Positions 26,503 through 34,141 of a DNA stretch of 37,372 bases are shown one piece after another. Origin of the DNA: a virus. Taxonomy: Duplodnaviria; Caudoviricetes. Numbering within the stretch: the stretch's first letter is position 1; every line of letters begins with the position of its first letter. The DNA lies in IMG/VR virus record IMGVR_UViG_3300048574_000414, positions 1-37,372 of that record; one strand, written 5' to 3'. Made by a program: the position numbers and the translations under genes. The notes below the pieces were generated by a model, which saw only the letters and a program-made list of their open reading frames with translations, was not told the DNA's origin and made no database searches.

Positions 26503-27012
26503 TTATTCCGCCAACTTGGCGCGGTCAGGCTCATACCAAAATACGTCTTGCACGTCCAGTCCCGCGCCGACGGCGGTAATGTCGTTCGCCGCGTATTTTT
26601 TAAGCGCCTCCTTGTCGATCTTCTCCGGAGACGTTACGATACAGTCCGTCATGCCTTTGTTGCGCAGCGCCCGTATGATTTCCGCAAGCTTTGCCGCCGC
26701 TTTTGGAAGTTTAACTTTTGTTGATTTCCTATAACCAAGTTTTCCAAACGTTAATACCTTTGTCTTTTTTCCATCAAGATCATCCATGTGCGCGTCGGTG
26801 TAAAGCAGAATCTGCTTTTCAAGGTAGCCGATCCGTTTCTTTTCCGGATCCGCCTGCATATCCGCGGCCAGCTTCAGGTTGTCAATACCTTCCTGCATGC
26901 CCGCTTCGATCAGCTCGATCGCGCGCTGCTTTTCCGCAAGCTCCGCCAGGCACAGATCCACATCATCCCAGCTTTTCAGCTCGCTTTTTTCTACCATCCT
27001 CACTCTTGCCAT
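26503..27012 (-). CDS. gam: Mu Gam-like host-nuclease inhibitor
   Basis: LKSWDDVD...KTKVLTFGKLGYRKS...IDKEALK...QDVFWYEP. Confidence 0.9.
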   Translation of the reverse strand: MARVRMVEKSELKSWDDVDLCLAELAEKQRAIELIEAGMQEGIDNLKLAADMQADPEKKRIGYLEKQILLYTDAHMDDLDGKKTKVLTFGKLGYRKSTKVKLPKAAAKLAEIIRALRNKGMTDCIVTSPEKIDKEALKKYAANDITAVGAGLDVQDVFWYEPDRAKLAE

Positions 27013-27014
27013 AA

Positions 27015-27419
27015 TTAATCCTCCTTTTTCATAACTTTTGTATTAATGCCTATCGTCAGATCCGTCCGCTGCCTGGGTACATAATGCCGGGTATCATGAT
27101 ACCTTTCTACTTTTCGTATCTTCCCGAGCACAACGCCTAATTCGTTCAGCAGTTTTGGGGTTGATTTCAAGTGTTCTGCAATCGGCGCGGTACATTCCAC
27201 GATGTTTTTATATTTGCGCCGTTCCCTCAGCACAAGCTGTAATTCATGGGATACACGGGCGCGGGCTTTCGCGTCGCTGGCGCCGAGCTCCAGCTCGTGC
27301 TCTAAATCGGTTATTTCTTTTTCCTTTTCTTCCACCGCGCTAATGTAAGTCCGGTTATCATCTGCCGCAGACCTTAAAAACTCAATCAGTTTTTCCATTT
27401 CGTTTGCATACCGGATCAT
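27015..27419 (-). CDS. Hypothetical coiled-coil phage protein
   Basis: GGAGG RBS; DLEHELEL...RERRKYKN...YVPR pattern. Confidence 0.65.
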   Translation of the reverse strand: MIRYANEMEKLIEFLRSAADDNRTYISAVEEKEKEITDLEHELELGASDAKARARVSHELQLVLRERRKYKNIVECTAPIAEHLKSTPKLLNELGVVLGKIRKVERYHDTRHYVPRQRTDLTIGINTKVMKKED

Positions 27420-27437
27420 TGTTCCTCCAAAAATTGC

Positions 27438-27986
27438 TTATATATGACTATCATTAATAACAATTTTCAAAACCCTTTTTAACCTTGCTTTGCTTTTATC
27501 AAGAAGGAGCACTTCATATTCGTCTCTTCGGCTGAAATACGCCAGCAACTCATCCTTTGCAATTTCGTATTCTGCAATGCTTTTTACCCCGCGCCGGAAG
27601 GCAAAACGTATAGCGGTATCAAGATTAATGGTGTACGCGATCCAGTCTGTTTCTCCCGGACGGTGAGCTCTGTACGCAGTAACCATATCCGGCAGTGCGT
27701 GAAATACTTCCAGCTCGCTGGGCTTCATGATGCAACGCTGCCGATCCGGCCTATCGGAGGAAAAGAGCCTTTTCCATTCAGACAGATCCGTCGCGGATGA
27801 TTTCTGCACCCATAGGGTGGAAAGGTAAAACCAATAGGCATAATTGCTTAAATACTGGCGGTTGTTCCGAAAGCACTTTATAGCGCTGCTTGTGTTGTCA
27901 TGCTTCACCAGCTTCACTCCGATCTCGGCATCCATACGGTTCCATTCAAATGCGGGAGATATATCAGGCTTAATATGAGGTATCAT
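27438..27986 (-). CDS. Putative ADP-ribosyltransferase-fold protein
   Basis: AYRAH...IAYTINLDTAIRFA...RRDEYEVLL resembles the R-S-ExE ART signature; GGAG RBS suits start at 27986. Confidence 0.45.
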   Translation of the reverse strand: MIPHIKPDISPAFEWNRMDAEIGVKLVKHDNTSSAIKCFRNNRQYLSNYAYWFYLSTLWVQKSSATDLSEWKRLFSSDRPDRQRCIMKPSELEVFHALPDMVTAYRAHRPGETDWIAYTINLDTAIRFAFRRGVKSIAEYEIAKDELLAYFSRRDEYEVLLLDKSKARLKRVLKIVINDSHI

Positions 27987-28054
27987 TTTCATACTCCGTT
28001 CCTGCCGGATTTCTGTCGGCGATTCAATGGCATTGACCATTACGGCAAAGTAAC

Positions 28055-28444
28055 CTAAATGGTATCCGGTCCGCCTGGCTTCCCGCCGACGAGTCGGCCG
28101 CAGCCGTAAGAGCCGTCTTTACAATGATGCGTGGCCACAATATGCGTCTTCACCGCAATGCGCCCGAATTCGATCGTTTTTTTCTCCTCTTCGGTGAGGT
28201 CTTCGGAAAAGAGATCTCCGCAGTGCTGGCATTTGTATATCAGCTGCGCGCCTGTATTCTCATACTCTTGTTTTTCTTGCCTGCCTTGTTCAGCCCACAT
28301 GCGGCAGATATCGTCGCTTTTACACAGAAGCTCATAAGCCACGTCAGCGGCGGCATCATTCGCATAAATAGCAGTACGCTTTAGATAAAAATCAGAATGG
28401 CGGCAGCCGGCGCAATATTCCGGCCGTTCAAACTGCATCTTCAT
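28055..28444 (-). CDS. Cys-rich (Zn-binding) hypothetical protein
   Basis: CAGC, CKSDDIC, CQHC and HHC..GC motifs; GGAGGT RBS gives start at 28444, just after twister A. Confidence 0.6.
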   Translation of the reverse strand: MKMQFERPEYCAGCRHSDFYLKRTAIYANDAAADVAYELLCKSDDICRMWAEQGRQEKQEYENTGAQLIYKCQHCGDLFSEDLTEEEKKTIEFGRIAVKTHIVATHHCKDGSYGCGRLVGGKPGGPDTI

Positions 28445-28462
28445 AGTGACCTCCATATATAG

Positions 28463-28510
28463 CCTCACTCTGCATTTTCACGGGCTTGTGACCGTCATCG
28501 GCTGCATTAC
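28463..28510 (-). ncRNA. Twister ribozyme (type P1), copy A
   Basis: G-U^AA-UGCA-GC-CGAUG-ACGG-UCACAAGC-CCGU-GAAAA-UGCA-GA-GUGA: P2 UGCA/UGCA, P4 ACGG/CCGU, T1 UCAC/GUGA, T2 GC/GC. P1 is weak. Predicted cut at 28509/28508. Confidence 0.85.
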
Positions 28511-28525
28511 CGCGGGGATATACCC

Positions 28526-28939
28526 CTAATTAATGGATACGAGCTCTATGTTTTCATTGTTCGCTATAAGGTGCTTTTTGAGGGCTCCAAACGACGTCCA
28601 ATGCGATGAATACGTGTCATACTTTGTGTTGTATTTTTCCATAAACTCTTTCTGACGCTTTTTCGAAAGCTTCTTAATTGATGCCATTTGTTTGTCTGAT
28701 AACAAAGAACGCTCTCTTTTTTGCAGAAAGCGACGGCGTTCCTCGCAGTCTTCTATAAGCCACTTGCCGCGGAAGCCGCCATCAACATAAACGGCGATAG
28801 CGTTTTTATAGGTACTAATTCTGGTTAAAGATAGCGCCACGTTGTAACCGTCGATTTTTAGATTAACAACACAAAACAAGCTGCTAAGCCTTTCCTGAAC
28901 CTTTATCCATTCTTCTTTTGTCAACTCCATCACCTCCAT
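28526..28939 (-). CDS. Hypothetical phage protein bracketed by the two twisters (start may be TTG 28924)
   Basis: Fills the interval between the 48-bp repeats; GGAGGTG RBS. Confidence 0.7.
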   Translation of the reverse strand: MEVMELTKEEWIKVQERLSSLFCVVNLKIDGYNVALSLTRISTYKNAIAVYVDGGFRGKWLIEDCEERRRFLQKRERSLLSDKQMASIKKLSKKRQKEFMEKYNTKYDTYSSHWTSFGALKKHLIANNENIELVSIN

Positions 28940-28946
28940 GTTATAT

Positions 28947-28994
28947 CCTCACTCTGCATTTTCACGGGCTTGTGACCGTCATCGGCTGCATTAC
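28947..28994 (-). ncRNA. Twister ribozyme (type P1), copy B
   Basis: 48/48 identical to 28463-28510; predicted cut at 28993/28992. Confidence 0.85.
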
Positions 28995-29005
28995 GGGCGG
29001 CGCCG

Positions 29006-29137
29006 CTATGGGCGCCTGCATTTGTCTTTGCCTTTATCAATTCTCCCGCCGCAGCTGCAGCGGTGGCCGCATGCTTCGGCCGCTTTTTGTGTATAAGATT
29101 TTAAGCAGCTCATACATAGGCATTTTTCCTTTTTCAT
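29006..29137 (-). CDS. 43-aa Zn-ribbon microprotein (below the ORF-track cutoff)
   Basis: GGAGG RBS; MKKEKCLCMSCLKSYTQKAAEACGHRCSCGGRIDKGKDKCRRP*. Confidence 0.6.
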   Translation of the reverse strand: MKKEKCLCMSCLKSYTQKAAEACGHRCSCGGRIDKGKDKCRRP

Positions 29138-29150
29138 GCGGATCCTCCAA

Positions 29151-29336
29151 TCATTCTTTCAGTGTTTTTATCACAGTCCATACGATGAACGGTATAAGGG
29201 GGATGAAAGCCTCGCCGCCGGTGGCGTCAAAACCGCGCTGCATGTCGGCCAGATAAAAGAATAACGGGGTGAGCGCCCACCAGGCCACGGAGGCTAAGAA
29301 GAAGAAAAACCGGGGCTTTACGATAAATCTCTTCAT
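29151..29336 (-). CDS. Small membrane protein
   Basis: AAGGAG RBS; two hydrophobic segments around RGFDATGGE; ATGA overlap with the upstream gene. Confidence 0.6.
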   Translation of the reverse strand: MKRFIVKPRFFFFLASVAWWALTPLFFYLADMQRGFDATGGEAFIPLIPFIVWTVIKTLKE

Positions 29337-29677
29337 TTTCGAGTCTCCTTTGGTTCTTGATCGTAGGCGAGCCATGTTTTGCCGTAGTCACCGTGATATC
29401 TGCTGTCATTATCGTTTGTTACAATATTCCTATGATCATCTGTAGCTGGCGTACTTAGCACATACCATTCACCATGTCCAGAGAATAAGCTCACGATATA
29501 TACCGGTTTTCCTGCTCTATCCCATAATTCTTCCAGCGTCAGCGGCTTTGGATTGTCCAGCTCGGCCTGGGCACGGAGGGTGGCGAGTACAAACTTATCC
29601 AGGTCTTGGCGAAATGTTCCCTCATAGCCACCACCAACAAAACCCTCATAACAGGCGATCGCTTTCTCAATGTTCAT
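29333..29677 (-). CDS. Hypothetical phage protein
   Basis: PLTLEEL...GKPVYI...YGKTWLAY pattern common in Clostridia phages; ATGA coupling. Confidence 0.65.
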   Translation of the reverse strand: MNIEKAIACYEGFVGGGYEGTFRQDLDKFVLATLRAQAELDNPKPLTLEELWDRAGKPVYIVSLFSGHGEWYVLSTPATDDHRNIVTNDNDSRYHGDYGKTWLAYDQEPKETRK

Positions 29678-30171
29678 TTGCTTTTCTCCCAGGCTTGTAC
29701 TGCCTTTACCACGAGTTCAAAAAATTTATTTATAGATTTTTGTTTTGCATCTCTCCACTCCGTACTCCTGGGTCTCCTTCTGCGTACGATCATTGACGGT
29801 ACACACATTTTGGCCGAGAATACAGCGCATGCAGCTGCATCGAACATATCCTCGCTGTCGCGTTCCTGCTCTGCCAATAGGAGCCCATAGTCTATTCCGC
29901 ATTCATATGCCGTCATAAGTTCGTTAATTTCCAGTGCTGCATTCTCCCTGCTCTGGGATTCGGCGAGCTCTTTACGTAGGCTATCACGATCCCTTGAAGC
30001 ATGGTCGTAATTGCATTCCGCTTGAAATCTGCGACACGCTTCTTCCTTATGCTTCTTTTGCAGCCTTTCTATCAGCTCGGCAGCATCCTCCATCAGTCTC
30101 CCCGTTGCTATTAGTACCGGATGCTCTTTGTATTCTTCCCGCAGCGCCCTCACGATTTCGTTATCATTCAT
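29674..30171 (-). CDS. Hypothetical phage protein
   Basis: ATGA-coupled to the MuB-like gene; LMEDAAELIERL motif. Confidence 0.65.
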   Translation of the reverse strand: MNDNEIVRALREEYKEHPVLIATGRLMEDAAELIERLQKKHKEEACRRFQAECNYDHASRDRDSLRKELAESQSRENAALEINELMTAYECGIDYGLLLAEQERDSEDMFDAAACAVFSAKMCVPSMIVRRRRPRSTEWRDAKQKSINKFFELVVKAVQAWEKSK

Positions 30172-31121
30172 ACCGCCATCTCCATATGCTTGGCCATCGC
30201 CACCAGCCCCTCATAGGAGGTGTTGTTGTTGTCTGCAGCGTTGCTGTAAAGGTTGACGGCGCCGCGGATCGCCTGGGCGGTGTGAGATATTTTTAATAGG
30301 AAATCGATCTCCATGCTTTTGTCCTTCAGGTCGGGGAATAGCAGCTGTATGTCTTCGCGCTTGATGCAGTTGGTGTCATATACCTTGCGCTGCCGGGTGC
30401 GGTTGGATATCTGCGCAAATTCGGCTCTTTTCTTGGCGCCGCTGACGGTGATGGTCTCCGTGTTGCCCACAAAAACGATACCCAGCGTCTGGTTCATCTC
30501 TGCGAAATAATCCGCAAAGGCTCGGAGCGCCTCCAGCGTCTTGATCGGCAGGTGCTGCGCCTCATCGATGATGATTACCATGCCGTCGCGCAGCTTGTTG
30601 GCGATGCCGATCCACATTTCATCGATCGTGCGCTCGGAAATATTCAGTTTGCCGCAGAGCAGCCGCAGAAAGCTTCGTAAGGTAGTAAGGCAGGGGTTCA
30701 TCGCCATATAAATGGCGTCACTGGGATGTTCCCGGACAAATTGTTTTGCGGCTCTGGTTTTGCCGATACCGGCCGCTCCACATGCGATCGCCAAGCCGCC
30801 CTTAAGCTGGCAATTGCGGATCACTTCATAAACCTTGGTTGATATGGATGTGGGGACGTATTCACTGACCTCCAGTTGGTGCGCGGGAGAGGCTGCGGCT
30901 TCTTCCTTCGTGCGGAAGTAGCTGATCAGCTTGTTTATCTGCGCATTCGCGTCGCCTGCATAAATGCCTTTTTTGAGAGTGGACATGACAGCAGCCGATA
31001 CGCCTATCATTGCGCACGCCTTGTTCTGGCTGCCGACCTTTTGAGCCAGGGTATCAAATTGTTTTAACGCCCATTCCTGTTCATCTGTATACCGAATTGA
31101 CCTCGTAGCTTCCGTATCCAT
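30168..31121 (-). CDS. MuB-like AAA+ transposition ATPase
   Basis: N-terminal HTH, Walker A GAAGIGKT, Walker B IIIDEAQHL; directly after the transposase. Confidence 0.92.
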   Translation of the reverse strand: MDTEATRSIRYTDEQEWALKQFDTLAQKVGSQNKACAMIGVSAAVMSTLKKGIYAGDANAQINKLISYFRTKEEAAASPAHQLEVSEYVPTSISTKVYEVIRNCQLKGGLAIACGAAGIGKTRAAKQFVREHPSDAIYMAMNPCLTTLRSFLRLLCGKLNISERTIDEMWIGIANKLRDGMVIIIDEAQHLPIKTLEALRAFADYFAEMNQTLGIVFVGNTETITVSGAKKRAEFAQISNRTRQRKVYDTNCIKREDIQLLFPDLKDKSMEIDFLLKISHTAQAIRGAVNLYSNAADNNNTSYEGLVAMAKHMEMAV

Positions 31122-31135
31122 TTTTGACCTCCAAA

Positions 31136-33127
31136 TTATTTTTTGCGGTCACGTTCCGCATTTCTATTCATTAAGCTCATATCCACGATGATGCCTTTTT
31201 GGTTTTGCCCGACCACCTCCTTGTAATAGTTTTCTTCGTTGGCCATCACTGGTATAAATACCTTTGGCTGCTGTATCAGCATGCCTTCTTTTCCGGCATG
31301 CGCTTTACGCACCGCGAGATCCAGCATGTCGATGGCGCGGGACGTTGGAACAGCGTTTTTAATGTCATTTAAACGGCCTTTAACGGCCTTTTTAACCCTG
31401 CGTATATCCGCCTGAGCCATCTGTTGTGCTTCCTGATCGTCTCGGAACTGCAGCATGGTTCTGGCGGCCATCGGTACTGTGGAGATATATTTATCCGTAG
31501 CGGATTCATAAATTCGGACGGTATCCAAATCTGCCGGATCATATCGTACATAGACTTCCTGCCCCTGCAGCGGCCAGGTGTGTTCATCCCAGTAATAGAG
31601 CTTTTCGCCGCAGACGGTGATATACACGCCATTGCGGCCAACTGTCTGGCTTCGGGTGCTGCGCATCAGCATAAGGTTGAGATCCTCCGGCAGCGCTTTG
31701 CGAATCGCCTGAATATGTTCATTCCAGACGTCGATGCGCCTTTTCCCTCGGTCGGCTTCCACCGCTCCGCCATAAGCACCCACATTGTAAATCCCATCAA
31801 TAAAGTCCGCGATCATAATGCGCAGCTGTCCGTCCAGCGGAATACGGCCTTTTTTTAATGTGTACTTCAGGCTTTCCGGCCGCTCCAGGACGTTGCCGCC
31901 GCAGAACGTTTCAAATAGGCGGCTTATCTGCCCTTTAAAAGTGTTAAACGTCCTTTCAATGGGTTTTGCCTTTGCATTCCGCACCAGAGCATTCCGCAGT
32001 TCGATGCCCAGCCGGGCAAAGATCGGCGGCGGATCGTCGATGAGGCTTTGGCTCTTGCGTGATCGATGACCGCGGCCGGCCAGATCGTGCGTAAGAAATT
32101 CGGAACCGTTATCAAAGTAGCCTACATTCGGGATCCCGAAGCGCTGTATGGCGTGGCGCAGTGCCAGCACCGTTGACTGGCTGCATGGGTTGTCCGTTAA
32201 GTTCCACCCGACAACGACGCCGCTGCGCGCATCCATAAATGCCGTGAGCGAAAGGCGGTGGGTGGCTTCGCTGCCGTCTTCGCGCTTTGAAATGATATCC
32301 AGCGTATGGTTGTCAGCCACCCAGTAATCATTCGGCAGCAGTTCATCATACAGCCGCACGATATACGGGGCGCACCGGTCAGAATATGCTTTACTGCCCT
32401 GGCGGCCCAGCGTGACAACGGCCTTGGCTATTTTTTCAGTCTGTCGGCGGAAGGTTCGTTCTCCGGGTAAATTGCTTGACAGCTCCGCGCAAAATTCCTT
32501 GATATAGAACTGCGTCAGCTGGTAGCATTGCGTTATACTAAGCTGCCTTTCATCCAGATAGGCCACCAGAAACCAGTCCCACGCCTCCTTTGGTATGCCG
32601 CACTGTCCTCGGTTCCAGCCCCCGCGGTGATCTATCAAACCCTCGGTATCGCCTTCTTTATATGCCGCCCATTTGCGGTAAAGTATATCCTCGCTTATCG
32701 CCAGATCAGGGTATTGCAGCTTCACCATTGCGACAAACAGGGGATCAACTTCCGTCTTTTTAGTGTATTTTGCGCGGTAACCCTGCCAGGCTTGGAGGAT
32801 ACCTGTCCACAATGTGATCTCTTTGCGTTCGGTTTCCGTAAGCTCATCGAACGACCGCGCCGGGCGCGCCTTCTTTTCCTTCAGCTCCGGCATCAGTGGC
32901 GCGCTGTATTCTTCATTGGCGTTTACAGCCGATTTTTTTATCTTAAGGTAATACTTTTTTTGCAGTTCTTTCGGAAGCGAGCTGACAGGCACGAGATATT
33001 GCTTATGGCCATTATGTTGACATTTTTGCTCTTGTGCATAAACATCCCCATTCTTAATAAGCATTCGCAAATTACGTTCACCACAGCCGTATAATTCAGC
33101 CACTTCCTTTACTGTTAAAAGCTCCAT
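31136..33127 (-). CDS. MuA-like DDE transposase
   Basis: N-terminal HTH (LTVKEVAELYG); DDE triad WVADNH / YFDNGSEF / KPIERTF; Mu C-terminal VRYDPADL. Start at 33127 (the ATG at 33145 lies inside the hammerhead core). Confidence 0.95.
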   Translation of the reverse strand: MELLTVKEVAELYGCGERNLRMLIKNGDVYAQEQKCQHNGHKQYLVPVSSLPKELQKKYYLKIKKSAVNANEEYSAPLMPELKEKKARPARSFDELTETERKEITLWTGILQAWQGYRAKYTKKTEVDPLFVAMVKLQYPDLAISEDILYRKWAAYKEGDTEGLIDHRGGWNRGQCGIPKEAWDWFLVAYLDERQLSITQCYQLTQFYIKEFCAELSSNLPGERTFRRQTEKIAKAVVTLGRQGSKAYSDRCAPYIVRLYDELLPNDYWVADNHTLDIISKREDGSEATHRLSLTAFMDARSGVVVGWNLTDNPCSQSTVLALRHAIQRFGIPNVGYFDNGSEFLTHDLAGRGHRSRKSQSLIDDPPPIFARLGIELRNALVRNAKAKPIERTFNTFKGQISRLFETFCGGNVLERPESLKYTLKKGRIPLDGQLRIMIADFIDGIYNVGAYGGAVEADRGKRRIDVWNEHIQAIRKALPEDLNLMLMRSTRSQTVGRNGVYITVCGEKLYYWDEHTWPLQGQEVYVRYDPADLDTVRIYESATDKYISTVPMAARTMLQFRDDQEAQQMAQADIRRVKKAVKGRLNDIKNAVPTSRAIDMLDLAVRKAHAGKEGMLIQQPKVFIPVMANEENYYKEVVGQNQKGIIVDMSLMNRNAERDRKK

Positions 33128-33132
33128 TCTTT

Positions 33133-33197
33133 CACCTGCCATCATCAGTACCGGGAGGTTATCCCCGGCAGACGGGGAAGCTTGTCCCCGTTTCGGC
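33133..33197 (-). ncRNA. Type II hammerhead ribozyme HH1
   Basis: GCC-GAAA-CGGGGA(CAAGCU)UCCCCG-UC^-UGCCGGG(GAUAACCU)CCCGGUA-CUGAUGA-U-GGC-AGGU; loop ACCU pairs with tail AGGU; cut at 33171/33170. Confidence 0.9.
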
Positions 33198-33211
33198 TAC
33201 TGTGGTATACT
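33182..33211 (+). promoter_or_regulatory. SigA-type promoter for the plus-strand moron, overlapping HH1 in antisense
   Basis: TTGTCC-18 nt-TATACT with a TGTG extended -10, just before the AGGAGGTG RBS. Confidence 0.6.
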
Positions 33212-33232
33212 CTCTAAAAGGAGGTGGAATAT

Positions 33233-33541
33233 TTGGATATCTGTCTCACCAAGGATGCTAAATGCCTGCTAAAAATACTTTATGACCTACATAAGAAAGA
33301 TCCAAAAGGCTGTTATCATGCTGATGAGCTCAAAAGCTTTATTGAAAATCTTTCTGATTGGTCCGTTGACCGGATAAGCGCTGGTATTCATGAATTGCAG
33401 CGCTTAAATTTCGCTTCATGCACGGACGCCGATGATATGGCATGGTACATAAAAGTTGAAAATCCGGGTATAGCGTATATGGAAAACGCTTTAAAGCGGG
33501 GACTCTTGGATTTCGTGAGCATCGTCACCAAGTTCCTGTGA
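33233..33541 (+). CDS. Antisense-oriented moron, winged-helix-like hypothetical protein
   Basis: AGGAGGTG RBS then TTG 33233 (track start 33224); own promoter; 3' end overlaps the convergent ORF by 51 nt. Confidence 0.65.
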   Translation: MDICLTKDAKCLLKILYDLHKKDPKGCYHADELKSFIENLSDWSVDRISAGIHELQRLNFASCTDADDMAWYIKVENPGIAYMENALKRGLLDFVSIVTKFL

Positions 33542-34033
33542 TCCGTTATCCTGATTGAGCTTGTTCATGAAGGTCACATGCCACTCCCATTTGCTTTTAA
33601 GCTCTTCAATAGGCGTTCTCTGCAGGTATGACAGGCTGAATAATCCTAATTTTTCAGAGTAAAAATTCCATCTCAGCCTGTCATCCCACATCTTTAAAAA
33701 ACGATGAATTTTATCATATAACTCTTCCGGCAAATCGTTTTCTTTCATGTAGATGCATATAAGCTCTTTGCTTGATTCAATCGGTTGTACACCGTATTTT
33801 TGCATAAGCTGGAGTTTTTCCGATGATAGGGCACATTCCGGCGTTTTGCTTTCTGCAATCATGGTGTCTGCATCCTTTAAAAAACCTTCAAGGCCGGTAA
33901 TTCGCGCTTTTGCTTCACTCCAGTCTTGCTCATGTCCGGGCTTTGGTTTAGTCATGCCATAATTTTCGGAGTAGCAAAGCAGATTATGGCTTTCCATGTC
34001 GATGTATTTCTGTAAAAGTGCATTCTTATCCAT
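33491..34033 (-). CDS. Hypothetical protein (cassette between HH2 and HH1)
   Basis: GGAGGT RBS directly 3' of HH2. Confidence 0.7.
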   Translation of the reverse strand: MDKNALLQKYIDMESHNLLCYSENYGMTKPKPGHEQDWSEAKARITGLEGFLKDADTMIAESKTPECALSSEKLQLMQKYGVQPIESSKELICIYMKENDLPEELYDKIHRFLKMWDDRLRWNFYSEKLGLFSLSYLQRTPIEELKSKWEWHVTFMNKLNQDNGSQELGDDAHEIQESPL

Positions 34034-34056
34034 ATAAAACCTCCATTTTTTATTTT

Positions 34057-34120
34057 AGCCTGCCTCATCAGTGCCGGGCGACTGGCCCCGGCAGACGGGG
34101 AAGCTTGTCCCCGTTTCGGC
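34057..34120 (-). ncRNA. Type II hammerhead ribozyme HH2
   Basis: GCC-GAAA-CGGGGA(CAAGCU)UCCCCG-UC^-UGCCGGG(GCCAGUCG)CCCGGCA-CUGAUGA-GGC-AGGCU; loop AGUC pairs with tail GGCU; cut at 34094/34093. Confidence 0.92.
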
Positions 34121-34141
34121 TTTTGTGGTAAATTAAAGCCG

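Noticed and set aside
33128-33145. Transposase N-terminal extension MMAGER from ATG 33145
   Set aside because: The ATGs come from the hammerhead CUGAUGA core; the SD fits ATG 33127.
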